Below, one piece after another: positions 1 through 8,485 of a DNA stretch of 32,000 nucleotides. Within the stretch, counting starts at the first letter, position 1; each line of letters starts with the position of its first letter. Source of the stretch: Schaalia odontolytica (lineage in GTDB: Bacteria; Actinomycetota; Actinomycetes; Actinomycetales; Actinomycetaceae); the NCBI RefSeq assembly GCF_005696695.1, contig NZ_CP040006.1:2328134-2360133 (forward strand). The letters run 5' to 3'. Position numbers and translations under genes: made by a program. The notes under the pieces are model-generated. The model made no database searches and was not told where the DNA came from. It was given only the letters and a program-made list of their open reading frames with translations.

Positions 1-2
1 TC

Positions 3-347
3 GTGGGCGGCGAGCTGCTGCCGAACCGGACCCACATGTGGGGGCCCACCGCCATCGATCAGCTGGAGCACATCCGCGTGAACACGGCTGTTTTCGGCGC
101 GAATTCGGTGATGGAGGACGGCATTTACGCGTCCACCGGCTACTCGATCGAGCTGCAGCAGAAGGTCCGCTCGATCGCGTCGACGGCCTACTTCGTCGCG
201 GATTCGACGAAGTTCGGCCGCAACGCCCTGTACAAGGTCCTCGGCATCGACGCGTTCACGGCGGGCATCACGGACTCGTTCCTCTCCCCCATCTCGGCGG
301 CGGCCTACCCGATCCCCCTCATCCGGGCTGAGGTCGCGCAGAGTTAG
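3..347 (+). CDS. DeoR/GlpR-family transcriptional regulator, C-terminal effector-binding (DeoRC) fragment; 5' end lies outside the window
   Basis: The frame is open from the window edge to TAG at 345-347. 'VFGANSVMEDGIYAS...YFVADSTKFGRNALYKVLGIDAFTAGITD' fits the DeoRC pattern (ADSSKFGR ... TD). Codons are G/C-ending, host-like. Confidence 0.7.
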   Translation: MGGELLPNRTHMWGPTAIDQLEHIRVNTAVFGANSVMEDGIYASTGYSIELQQKVRSIASTAYFVADSTKFGRNALYKVLGIDAFTAGITDSFLSPISAAAYPIPLIRAEVAQS

Positions 348-376
348 TTGGGGGCGCCGCACCACGGTGCTATAAC
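348..376 (+). promoter_or_regulatory. Candidate sigma70-type promoter for the Type ISP gene (TTGGGG-17 nt-TATAAC)
   Basis: 'ttgggg' at 348-353 and 'tataac' at 371-376 are separated by a 17-nt spacer, about 45-80 nt upstream of the possible start codons. Hexamer match only. Confidence 0.3.
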
Positions 377-419
377 GCAGCAATCCCCTTGTAGCCACAC
401 CACGGCACCCAACTAGCTT

Positions 420-3400
420 GTGTGTCGTAGATTACCCGCTATTCTTGGTCGCATGACTGCTGCGCGCGACGACGACTTCATGGCTCTGCCCGGTATGGAA
501 GCGGATTCCACCGAGACCCACCACGGCCGGGAACGTTTGTCAGATGAAGCCACCCCCACCTCCCCAAACGCCTCCTCGAAGTCAGCGCTCGATGCCCTGC
601 TGGATGAGTACCGTGCGCGCGCGAAGAGCGAGCGCGAGAAGGGCACGCTGTTTGAGGAGCTGACGCGTCAGTTCCTGCTCCACGATGCGCGTTTCGCGCA
701 CCAGTTCAAGGAAATCTACCTGTGGAGCGAGTGGCCCGAGCGCCGCACAGGCGACACGGGTATTGACCTGGTGGCGATCCCGGTCGACGAAAACGCAGGC
801 CCGGTCGCCATCCAGTGCAAGTTCTACGCGCTGGGTCATCGCATTCAGAAGGCGGACATTGACTCGTTCCTGTCGGCGTCGGGCAAGGAGCCGTTCGGTC
901 GCCGCATCGTCGTGGACACGTCGGGCGCGCCGTGGGGCAAGAACGCGCAGGACGCGATCGAGGGCCAGCAGATCCCGGTTTCCCGCATCACACTGGCAGA
1001 TCTGCGCGATTCGGACATTGATTGGCGCACGTATTCGCTGGGTTCGACGCAGGCGCCGAAGACCCGCGAGCGCAAGGTTCCGCGCGACCATCAGGTGCGT
1101 GCGCGCAGCGCGGTGATATCGGGCTTCGAGGAGCACGACCGCGGCACGATGGTCATGGCGTGCGGCACGGGTAAGACGTTCACGGCGCTCACGATCGCGC
1201 GCGAGTTCGTGGAGAAGGAGGGCGGCACCGCCCGGATCCTGTTCGCTGTCCCCTCGCTCGCGCTTCTCAAGCAGACGCTGGACGATTGGGCGGCCGAGGC
1301 CGATGGCGCGTTCACGGCGTGGGCGGTGTGTTCGGATACGAAGGTGTCCTCGTCGGCGCGTAACGACACGGCCGAGGAGTCGGCGGTGGACCTGCCGATC
1401 CCGGCGACGACAGACGGCCAGCGCCTCGCGGACTCCCTGAATGCGAATAACACGACGGAGGGACTGCAGGTCGTCTTCGCGACGTACCAGTCGATCGAGG
1501 TCATTCACCGCGCGCAGGAGATCGCGGGCGATGAGTGGCGCGATTTCGACCTGATCATCTGCGACGAGGCCCACCGCACGACGGGTGCGACGCTGACGGG
1601 CGAGGACGAGAGCGCGTTCACGAAGATCCACAGCGACGAGTTCATCCGCCGTGCGAAGACCCTCTACATGACGGCAACGCCGCGTATTTTCGCGGAGAAC
1701 GCGAAGAATAGGGCGTCGGAGAAGGACGCGATCCTGACTTCGATGGACGACCAGGAGACCTACGGTCCGGTGTTCTTCCGCCTGGGCTTCGGCCAGGCGG
1801 TGAAGGAGAACCTGCTGACGGACTACAAGGTCATCATCCTGACGGTCAGTGAGGAGGAGGTGTCGCAGCACTATCAGGCGATCGCCGAGATGGGCGGCGA
1901 GCTGAACCTGGACACGGCCGCGAAGCTGACGGGCTGCTGGAACGCGCTGGCTAAGCGCAAGAATCGCGGCTCGGACGTGGACTACGGCGAGGATCGTGCG
2001 CCGATGCGCCGCGCCGTGGCCTTCTGCAAGGACATCAAGGCCTCGAAGGCGGTGGCCACACAGTTCCCGGACCTGGTAAACGGCCCCTTTGGCCTGAGCG
2101 ACCTCAGCAACGATGACGCGTCGGATAACCTGCAGGTCGAGTGCCGCCACGTGGACGGCACGATGAACGCCGCGGTGCGTGCACGCGAAATGGATTGGCT
2201 GACCGAGGGCGCGGGCACGGACGAGGTCCCGGTGTGCCGCATCCTGACGAACGCGCGCTGCCTGAGCGAGGGCGTGGACGTGCCCACGCTGGACGCGGTG
2301 CTCTTCCTGTCGCCGCGCAAGTCGCAGGTGGATGTCATCCAGGCGGTGGGCCGCGTGATGCGCCGCGCGGAGGGCAAGGATTTCGGTTACATCATCTTGC
2401 CCGTGGCCGTGCCGGTGGGCATGGCGCCGGAGCGCGCGCTGGACGACAACAAGCGCTTCCAGGTCGTATGGCAGGTCCTCAAGGCCCTGCGCGCCCACGA
2501 CGAGCGCCTGGACGCGGCGATCAACTCGATGGAGCTCAACGGCCAGGGGCCGGAGAACATCATCGTCGAGCAGGTCTCCCTCGAGAAGGCGAAGAAGCAG
2601 GACGATCCGCTCGGGGGCAGTGCACCCGATGGGGACGAGGCCGGGGCCGGGTCCTCGGGTTCCGGAGCGGACGGCGTGGCCCAGGGCATCCAGGGTCAGC
2701 TGACGCTTCTTCCCTCGGATTGGAAGGAGTCGGTGTTCGGCCGGATCGTGAAGAAGGTGGGCTCGTCCCTGTACTGGGAGGACTGGTCCAAGGACATCGC
2801 GACCGTGGCGGACCGCTACATTCACCTCATCGATCGCCTGCTGGAGGATCCGGAGCGCCAGGACGCGTTCCAGGAGTTCGTGAACGCGCTGCGCGCAACC
2901 CTAAACCCAGCCGTGGACAACGAGTCGGCGGTGGAGATGCTGGCCCAGCACATTCTCACCGCGCCGCTGTTTGACGCGATGTTCCCGGATCATTCGTTCT
3001 CGAAGCAGAACCCGGTGAGCCGCGCGATGAACACGATCGTGGAGATGCTGGCGTCGCACTCGATGTTCGAAAACGAGCGCCGCGAGCTGGATTCCTTCTA
3101 TCGGGCGATGGTCGAGCGCATCGAGGCCGTGCACACCCTGGCGGGCAAGCAGGAGATCATGCGCACGCTCTACGACCGCTTCTTCTCCCAGGCCTTCCCA
3201 CGCATGAGCGAGCGCCTGGGCATCGTCTTCACGCCCGTCGAGGTCGTCGACTTCATTATCCGCAGCGCGGATGATGCAATGCGCACGGCGTTTGGCCAGA
3301 GTCTGGGGGATCCGGGCGTGGCTATCATCGAGCCTTTCGCCGGAACCGGCACCTTCGTGGCGCGCCTGTTGCAACTGGGCGTCATCCCGCCCGAGGCCCT

Positions 3401-5579
3401 GGAACGCAAGTATAAGAACGAGATCTTCGCGAACGAGTTCGTGCTGCTCTCCTACTACATCGCGTCAATCAACATCGAGCAGGTCTACCACCAGGTGCGC
3501 GCCGAACAGGGCGTGGACGAGGGCTACGTCGAGTTCCCCGGCATGACCCTGACGGACACCTTCCAGCTCCACGAGGGCGACGGCACGATCACCGAGGACT
3601 TCGAGGGCCTGGCCGCCAACAACGAGCGCGCGAAGGCGGAGAAGGATTCCGCAATCACGGTGATCGTGATGAACCCGCCGTACTCAGCGGGCCAAAAGGA
3701 AGAGAACGACAAGAACAAGAATCTCAAGTACCCCCGTCTGGACGAGAGAATCGAAGAAACGTACGTCCGCCAATCTGGAGCTGGCCTGATGACCAAGCTC
3801 TACGATTCCTACTTCCGCGCCCTGCGCTGGGCGTCGGACCGAATCGGGGCGCGGGGCGTCATCGCCTTCGTCTCCAACAGCTCCTTCCTCGATGCGAACA
3901 GCACAGACGGTGTGCGTCTTACACTGCAGGATGAGTTCTCCCAAATCTTCGTCTACGACATGAAGGGGAACGCACGAACATCCGGTGAGCGCCGGCGACG
4001 CGAAGGCGGAAACGTTTTCGAGTCTGGTTCTCGCACGGGTGTAGCCATCACCATCCTAGTGAAGGACCCCACCCACTCCAGCACCGCCGAGATCTTCTAC
4101 GCGGAGGCGGAGGACTACGCGACGCGGCAGGAGAAGCTCGACCAGATCACCAACTACGGATCCATTGAGGGGATCAGCGGAACAGATGCATTCCGCACCA
4201 TCACGCCGAACGAGCACGGCGACTGGATCAGTACACGCGACGAGCATTTTGCTACCTTCCAAGAAATCGGCAATCAAGCCCTCAAGGGAAAGATGGCTTC
4301 TCCAGGCATTTTCCAACAATTCTCACTTGGATTGGGAACAAACCGTGATGCATGGTGCTACAACTTCTCAGGTACGGCTGTGTCCTCGAACATGCACCGC
4401 ATGATCGACAATTACAATTCACATGTTAAAGCCAAACGTACGAGCGCAAACGCAACCACGGATGCCACGCAAATTAATTGGAATGATCGACTGCTTCGAG
4501 ACCTCAACAGCCAGAAGATTCACCATTACGAGCACGCAGCGCTACGCGTGAGCATGTATCGTCCCTTCTGTATACAACATGTATATTTCTCAAGGGAAAT
4601 GAACAATAGAACATATCAGCTTCCGCAACTCTTCCCTACAATTGCACACAGAAATCTATCCTTCGTAGTCTCCAGAGGGGATATTACAAAAATTGGTCCG
4701 CTAATGACCGACTTTCTCCCCGACCTGCATCTTGTGGGAGATGCGCAGACATTCCCCCTCTACACCTGGGAGCCCCTCTCCCCCACCTCCGGTGGCGAGC
4801 CGGACCTGTTCGCGGACCTGGCAACCTCCTCGGAGAGCCAGGCGGATGGGGTGGCCACGGCCTCGTCACTTGATTTCTCGCGGCCGATCGGCGACCAGAT
4901 CCCGGTGATCCTGGACGGCTATCGCCGCGTCGATAACGTCACGGACGCGACGCTAGCCTCGTACCGGGAGCACTACGGGGATGCGGGGATCACGAAGGAG
5001 GACATTTTCTTCTACGTGTACGCGCTGCTGCATCACCCGGAGTATCGGGAGCGCTACGAGGATGATTTGAAGAAGATGCTGCCGCATATTCCTCGTGCGG
5101 CGGGTTTCCACACGTATGCGAGTGTGGGCCGCGAGCTGGCGGACCTGCACGTGAACTACGAGCGGGTGGAGCCGTATCCGTCGGTGCAGGAGGAGGCGAG
5201 CTTGCACGCGCCTGCCGACCCGTGGGAGCGCTACCGGATCGGTGAGCGCAAGATGCGTTTCCCGAAGCTGGGGCGCCGCGATAAGGACTTTACGCGCTTG
5301 GAGTACAACGACTACGTGACCCTGACGGGCATTCCCGCAGAGGCGCAGGGCTATTCAATTTCGGGCCGCAGCCCGCTCGAGTGGATCATCGACCGCTACC
5401 ACGTCAAGACGGACAAGGCGTCGGGCATCGTCAACGACCCGAACGACTTCCTGCGCGAGCAGGGCCGCCCCGACGCGGTCGTAGACCTGATCAAGCGCCT
5501 GGTGACCGTCTCGATGCGAACCCAGGAGCTCCTGGCGACGCTGCCCGCGTTGGAGATTCCGGAAGGGGCAGACCAATGA
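420..5579 (+). CDS. Type ISP restriction-modification enzyme (single polypeptide: Mrr-like PD-(D/E)xK nuclease, SF2 DEAH translocase, N6-adenine methyltransferase, target-recognition domain)
   Basis: 1719-aa ORF. The nuclease core is 'GIDLVAIP...AIQCKFY'. Helicase motifs are I 'ACGTGKTF', II 'ICDEAHRTTG', III 'MTATP' and VI 'QAVGRVMRR'. Methyltransferase motifs are I 'IEPFAGTGTF' and IV 'NPPY' (nt 3671-3682), followed by a long C-terminal TRD. This order matches LlaGI/LlaBIII-type enzymes. Start is GTG at 420 or, more likely, ATG at 453 (MTAARDD...). Confidence 0.85.
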   Translation: MCRRLPAILGRMTAARDDDFMALPGMEADSTETHHGRERLSDEATPTSPNASSKSALDALLDEYRARAKSEREKGTLFEELTRQFLLHDARFAHQFKEIYLWSEWPERRTGDTGIDLVAIPVDENAGPVAIQCKFYALGHRIQKADIDSFLSASGKEPFGRRIVVDTSGAPWGKNAQDAIEGQQIPVSRITLADLRDSDIDWRTYSLGSTQAPKTRERKVPRDHQVRARSAVISGFEEHDRGTMVMACGTGKTFTALTIAREFVEKEGGTARILFAVPSLALLKQTLDDWAAEADGAFTAWAVCSDTKVSSSARNDTAEESAVDLPIPATTDGQRLADSLNANNTTEGLQVVFATYQSIEVIHRAQEIAGDEWRDFDLIICDEAHRTTGATLTGEDESAFTKIHSDEFIRRAKTLYMTATPRIFAENAKNRASEKDAILTSMDDQETYGPVFFRLGFGQAVKENLLTDYKVIILTVSEEEVSQHYQAIAEMGGELNLDTAAKLTGCWNALAKRKNRGSDVDYGEDRAPMRRAVAFCKDIKASKAVATQFPDLVNGPFGLSDLSNDDASDNLQVECRHVDGTMNAAVRAREMDWLTEGAGTDEVPVCRILTNARCLSEGVDVPTLDAVLFLSPRKSQVDVIQAVGRVMRRAEGKDFGYIILPVAVPVGMAPERALDDNKRFQVVWQVLKALRAHDERLDAAINSMELNGQGPENIIVEQVSLEKAKKQDDPLGGSAPDGDEAGAGSSGSGADGVAQGIQGQLTLLPSDWKESVFGRIVKKVGSSLYWEDWSKDIATVADRYIHLIDRLLEDPERQDAFQEFVNALRATLNPAVDNESAVEMLAQHILTAPLFDAMFPDHSFSKQNPVSRAMNTIVEMLASHSMFENERRELDSFYRAMVERIEAVHTLAGKQEIMRTLYDRFFSQAFPRMSERLGIVFTPVEVVDFIIRSADDAMRTAFGQSLGDPGVAIIEPFAGTGTFVARLLQLGVIPPEALERKYKNEIFANEFVLLSYYIASINIEQVYHQVRAEQGVDEGYVEFPGMTLTDTFQLHEGDGTITEDFEGLAANNERAKAEKDSAITVIVMNPPYSAGQKEENDKNKNLKYPRLDERIEETYVRQSGAGLMTKLYDSYFRALRWASDRIGARGVIAFVSNSSFLDANSTDGVRLTLQDEFSQIFVYDMKGNARTSGERRRREGGNVFESGSRTGVAITILVKDPTHSSTAEIFYAEAEDYATRQEKLDQITNYGSIEGISGTDAFRTITPNEHGDWISTRDEHFATFQEIGNQALKGKMASPGIFQQFSLGLGTNRDAWCYNFSGTAVSSNMHRMIDNYNSHVKAKRTSANATTDATQINWNDRLLRDLNSQKIHHYEHAALRVSMYRPFCIQHVYFSREMNNRTYQLPQLFPTIAHRNLSFVVSRGDITKIGPLMTDFLPDLHLVGDAQTFPLYTWEPLSPTSGGEPDLFADLATSSESQADGVATASSLDFSRPIGDQIPVILDGYRRVDNVTDATLASYREHYGDAGITKEDIFFYVYALLHHPEYRERYEDDLKKMLPHIPRAAGFHTYASVGRELADLHVNYERVEPYPSVQEEASLHAPADPWERYRIGERKMRFPKLGRRDKDFTRLEYNDYVTLTGIPAEAQGYSISGRSPLEWIIDRYHVKTDKASGIVNDPNDFLREQGRPDAVVDLIKRLVTVSMRTQELLATLPALEIPEGADQ

Positions 5580-6185
5580 AAGCACAAGGTAACCAGCCTA
5601 TTGCACTATTCAAACGGCACCCGCGCACCGATCCAAAATCCCTCGTGATGCATAACCAAGTATACCGCCTGGGCGAGTTATCAGAAGCGCATTATGAATC
5701 CACAGTAGTCATTTCCAGCAAGTTCGACGGACAAGCTACATCCGACACTTTCCTTCTACCTTATCTATTCCTAATGCGCCACGCCTTCGAATTATCACTC
5801 AAAGATGGAATAATAGTTCTCAAAAAAACTTAGAATAGAGCACTTTGTTGCAGATCCGGAAGTAGCATTCAACTACATGTCACCAATTGACTACGTTACT
5901 GATATCGGACACAATTTAATGAAGCTCTTTAACGAATTCAAACGAGAATATAATTCATTTGACTTCATGGATAGGTTCCCCAAAGGAGTTGAAACTGCAT
6001 TAATTCTTCTCCACCAAGCAGATAAATAGAGCACCGAATTTAGATACGGCACGGAGCCGCAGGATGAACCGTCACATATCGACTCAGCATCACTCTGCGC
6101 AGAACTGAGTACACAATTCCAAAAACTATCGACTGTTATCGACTACGCTTGTGGCACCTGCTCATACCTTCCCATTGCTCGATAT
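5576..6185 (+). pseudogene. Low-GC hypothetical gene (about 205 codons if repaired), disrupted by an A7 frameshift, an in-frame TAG and an IS30 insertion at its 3' end
   Basis: ATG 5576-5578 overlaps the Type ISP stop TGA 5577-5579 (ATGA). Frame 1 stops at TAG 5831-5833. The reading frame continues in the +1 frame from the A7 run at 5822-5828, and deleting one A fuses the two frames. An in-frame TAG lies at 6027-6029, and the frame stays open to the IS30 boundary at 6186. The composition is visibly AT-rich compared with the flanks. Confidence 0.6.
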
Positions 6186-7251
6186 CAGGGCAGTGTCAAT
6201 GTGTGATAGCAATGAGCTGGTTGAACCCTTTGAGGGTGCGTCTGGGGCAGTTGTTCAGTTCATTGACGATGGCTTCGAGGTAGGGTTGGTGGGTGGTGAT
6301 GGGGTTCGTTTGGGCAGGTAGTGACGGAAGAGTCGGTTGGTGTTTTCGTTAGTCCCGTTTCTCAAAGACTGTGGGGGTCAGCGAAGAACACGTCTACGCC
6401 AATGCCTAGGATGAGGCGCTGGTGGTGGGTCATTTCTCGTCCCCTTGGCCCCCGTGTCAGTTGCCTCGCACCGTTGGGGAGTGGGGTGAATACGGCGGGT
6501 GAACGCGTCACAGACTTGGTCGACCCTCCGCCCGAGAGGCAGAACCACCATAAATCAGGTAGCGGATGGCTGCCTCGACCAGGATTGTCTGCGCAATAGC
6601 CCCATCTCGGCTGATACGTGAGGTCACCTTCGAGGTGCCCATGATTCTTCGGTAGGCAATGTTGGCGCACCTCAATCGATTAATCACGTTTCAATCATCG
6701 GTGGCGAAAAATCACCCGCTCGGTCTATCTTGCAGATCCACCACGCGGAGGGCAAGCAAATGCTGTGATCGATCAACGTCTACTTGGGTTGGGCGTAGAT
6801 CCAGGTTCGATCGCCTCACGGCTAATCGCAACCGTGGGCGTCGGGAGAATTGTCCGTAGGAACCACTGTGCCACACACCTCAGCACTCAGACGTCGATCT
6901 GCCCTGGCGGGGCGTGCGCCCCTGCGACAAATCAGAGATAACACATCGGCGAAGAGCCATATCACGGTCCCGAAGCCACATCTTGGGCGATCCTCGCGGC
7001 TAGTGCCACGCTCAGGGCTTTCTCGGCCTGATACACGCCGTCAGGACCTGCATGGCGGGCGACCTAGCGGCATTCCACCGAGGGGATAGGCCCAACCCAA
7101 CGAGCGATACGAACCCTAGGAGAGGCCCACCTCCAAGCCCGCCATGATCACCACACGATTCCAAACACTGCACATCAGACGACAGTTCACAACCACCCAC
7201 CCAACAGCATTAGTACCACACAAATTGCTCACAGCCTATGACACTGCCCTG
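6186..7251 (-). mobile_element. IS30-family insertion sequence, ends intact, transposase degenerate (pseudogene)
   Basis: A 13-bp perfect terminal inverted repeat is present: 'cagggcagtgtca' at 6186-6198 and its reverse complement at 7239-7251, with further imperfect inner matches (tgtga..gcaat). Minus-strand fragments carry IS30 DDE hallmarks: 'GHLEGDL', 'FFADPHS', 'NGTNENTNRLFRHYLPKRT' and 'AIVNELNNCPRRTLKGF'. These fragments are spread over at least three frames with stops. Confidence 0.75.
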
Positions 7252-7272
7252 TGTTGAGGCTATCCTTGCAGT

Positions 7273-8133
7273 ATGGCTTTTTCTGCAACAGTACTCCGGG
7301 TAGCGATAGCGTCTCCGTCTGACGTCCCCGAATCGCGTGATGCAGTTGAAAGAGCACTTCACTCGTGGAATGAGGCCAACTCAGCCACGAAGAATGTCAT
7401 GCTACTGCCGTGGAGATGGGAAACATCGTCAGTTCCCAAGCTCGGCAAGCATCCCCAAGTATTTGTCAATGAGCAGGGGGTTGATAAGGCAGACATAGTC
7501 ATTGCCCTATTCGGTAGCAGGCTCGGAACTCCGACGCCTGAAGCAATCTCAGGAACCGTAGAAGAGATCGAACGATCCGTAGAACACGGGAAACACGTAC
7601 ATCTCTATTTTTCTGAAGCCCCTCATCCAAATGACGTGGACGTTGAGCAGCTGAGCGCTCTTCGTTCTTTTCGTGAAGAGATCAGCGAAAGAGGACTCCT
7701 TGCGACATTCGCAAACCCGAGTCAGCTAGAACATAAGGTCTGGCAAGCAATCGAGCTAGACGTCTCAGAACTTGTTGACGGCGGGCAAGTTTTGACTCCA
7801 GCAAAAAAACGCGGAGCACAGTTTCGCGTCCAGTCGAAGCAAAGCCAGCAGCTCAAAGAAACAGACTCGCGAGGCAGAGCGAAATACACAACGAAGCACT
7901 GGCTAGAGGTCACGAACATCGGAGATTCCGCTGCCGAAAACGTAACATTTAGAGCAGAAGCCACTTCAGGTCCAATTTTTCTTGTCACGCCAGAACAGCC
8001 AATTCGACTCGATCCTAATGTGACCTGGAAGCTCAATTTCGACCTAACACTGGGGACTGGTGGCAGGCTCCAGCTGATCATTAGCTGGGATGAAAACGAA
8101 GATCACAAGACAGAACGCTTCGACTTTCAGTAG
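7273..8133 (+). CDS. DUF4062/TIR-like (nucleoside 2-deoxyribosyltransferase-like fold) N-terminal domain fused to a C-terminal Ig/CARDB-like beta-sandwich; function unknown, candidate defence effector
   Basis: 286-aa ORF. The N-terminal pattern is 'LRVAIASPSD..ESRDAVERAL', then 'ADIVIALFGSRLG', then 'SGTVEEIERSVEHGKHVHLYF'. This is the beta-alpha-beta arrangement with a conserved acidic 'TxEE' seen in DUF4062/TIR-like domains. The C-terminus 'HWLEVTNIGDSAAENVTFRAE...VTWKLNFDLT...RLQLIISWDE' looks like a beta-sandwich. GC is intermediate, lower than core genes. Confidence 0.55.
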   Translation: MAFSATVLRVAIASPSDVPESRDAVERALHSWNEANSATKNVMLLPWRWETSSVPKLGKHPQVFVNEQGVDKADIVIALFGSRLGTPTPEAISGTVEEIERSVEHGKHVHLYFSEAPHPNDVDVEQLSALRSFREEISERGLLATFANPSQLEHKVWQAIELDVSELVDGGQVLTPAKKRGAQFRVQSKQSQQLKETDSRGRAKYTTKHWLEVTNIGDSAAENVTFRAEATSGPIFLVTPEQPIRLDPNVTWKLNFDLTLGTGGRLQLIISWDENEDHKTERFDFQ

Positions 8134-8158
8134 GGCTACGCAAGCTTCGTCCCTGCAA

Positions 8159-8485
8159 TCAGCACTCAACCAGCGGCTTCCGATTTGAACCACCCAGGCA
8201 GCCAGCGAACACGAGCCACCAACTTTGTAGCAAGCCTGGCAGGATAGCTTCGAGAAGGTAGTCGGTGGCATGGACATCGACCATCTCAGCCATGAGTCTT
8301 GTAGCGTGCTCAGGAGCGAGTACGACAACGAGACCAGAGCCGTCTCCTCCGCCATAAGAAATGAACTCTTGGTAGCAGTTACCGAGAATGTCAGAGTTGA
8401 TCGTTGAGCGGCCGGTGACGACGTGGTACACGTCGTCGGTGAGGATGTTGGTCATCCACTTCAGGGGCAACTGAGGCGTCTTCAT
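8159..8485 (-). CDS. Hypothetical protein, probably a 5'-truncated gene remnant abutting the ISL3 end
   Basis: 108-aa ORF whose ATG (8485-8483) and first 3-4 codons lie inside the ISL3 terminal repeat (8475-8500). There is an alternative internal ATG at 8455. The first half has coding-like G/C-ending codons ('NILTDDVYHVVTGRSTINSD...ISYGGGDGSGLVVVLAPEHA'). I recognise no family. Confidence 0.35.
   Translation of the reverse strand: MKTPQLPLKWMTNILTDDVYHVVTGRSTINSDILGNCYQEFISYGGGDGSGLVVVLAPEHATRLMAEMVDVHATDYLLEAILPGLLQSWWLVFAGCLGGSNRKPLVEC

Noticed and set aside
361-415. Near-repeat 'caccacggtgc' / 'caccacggcac' upstream of the Type ISP gene
   Set aside because: It is short (9-10 nt), imperfect and occurs only twice, so it cannot be distinguished from chance in GC-rich DNA.
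582-2825. 747-aa minus-strand ORF antisense to the Type ISP gene
   Set aside because: It is Arg/Leu/Ala/His-rich with no motifs. It mirrors a strongly supported gene on the other strand. Long stop-free antisense frames are typical of GC-rich DNA.
6804-6812. tRNA T-loop-like 'ggttcgatc'
   Set aside because: The flanks cannot form T-arm or acceptor stems, and it lies inside the degenerate IS30 transposase.
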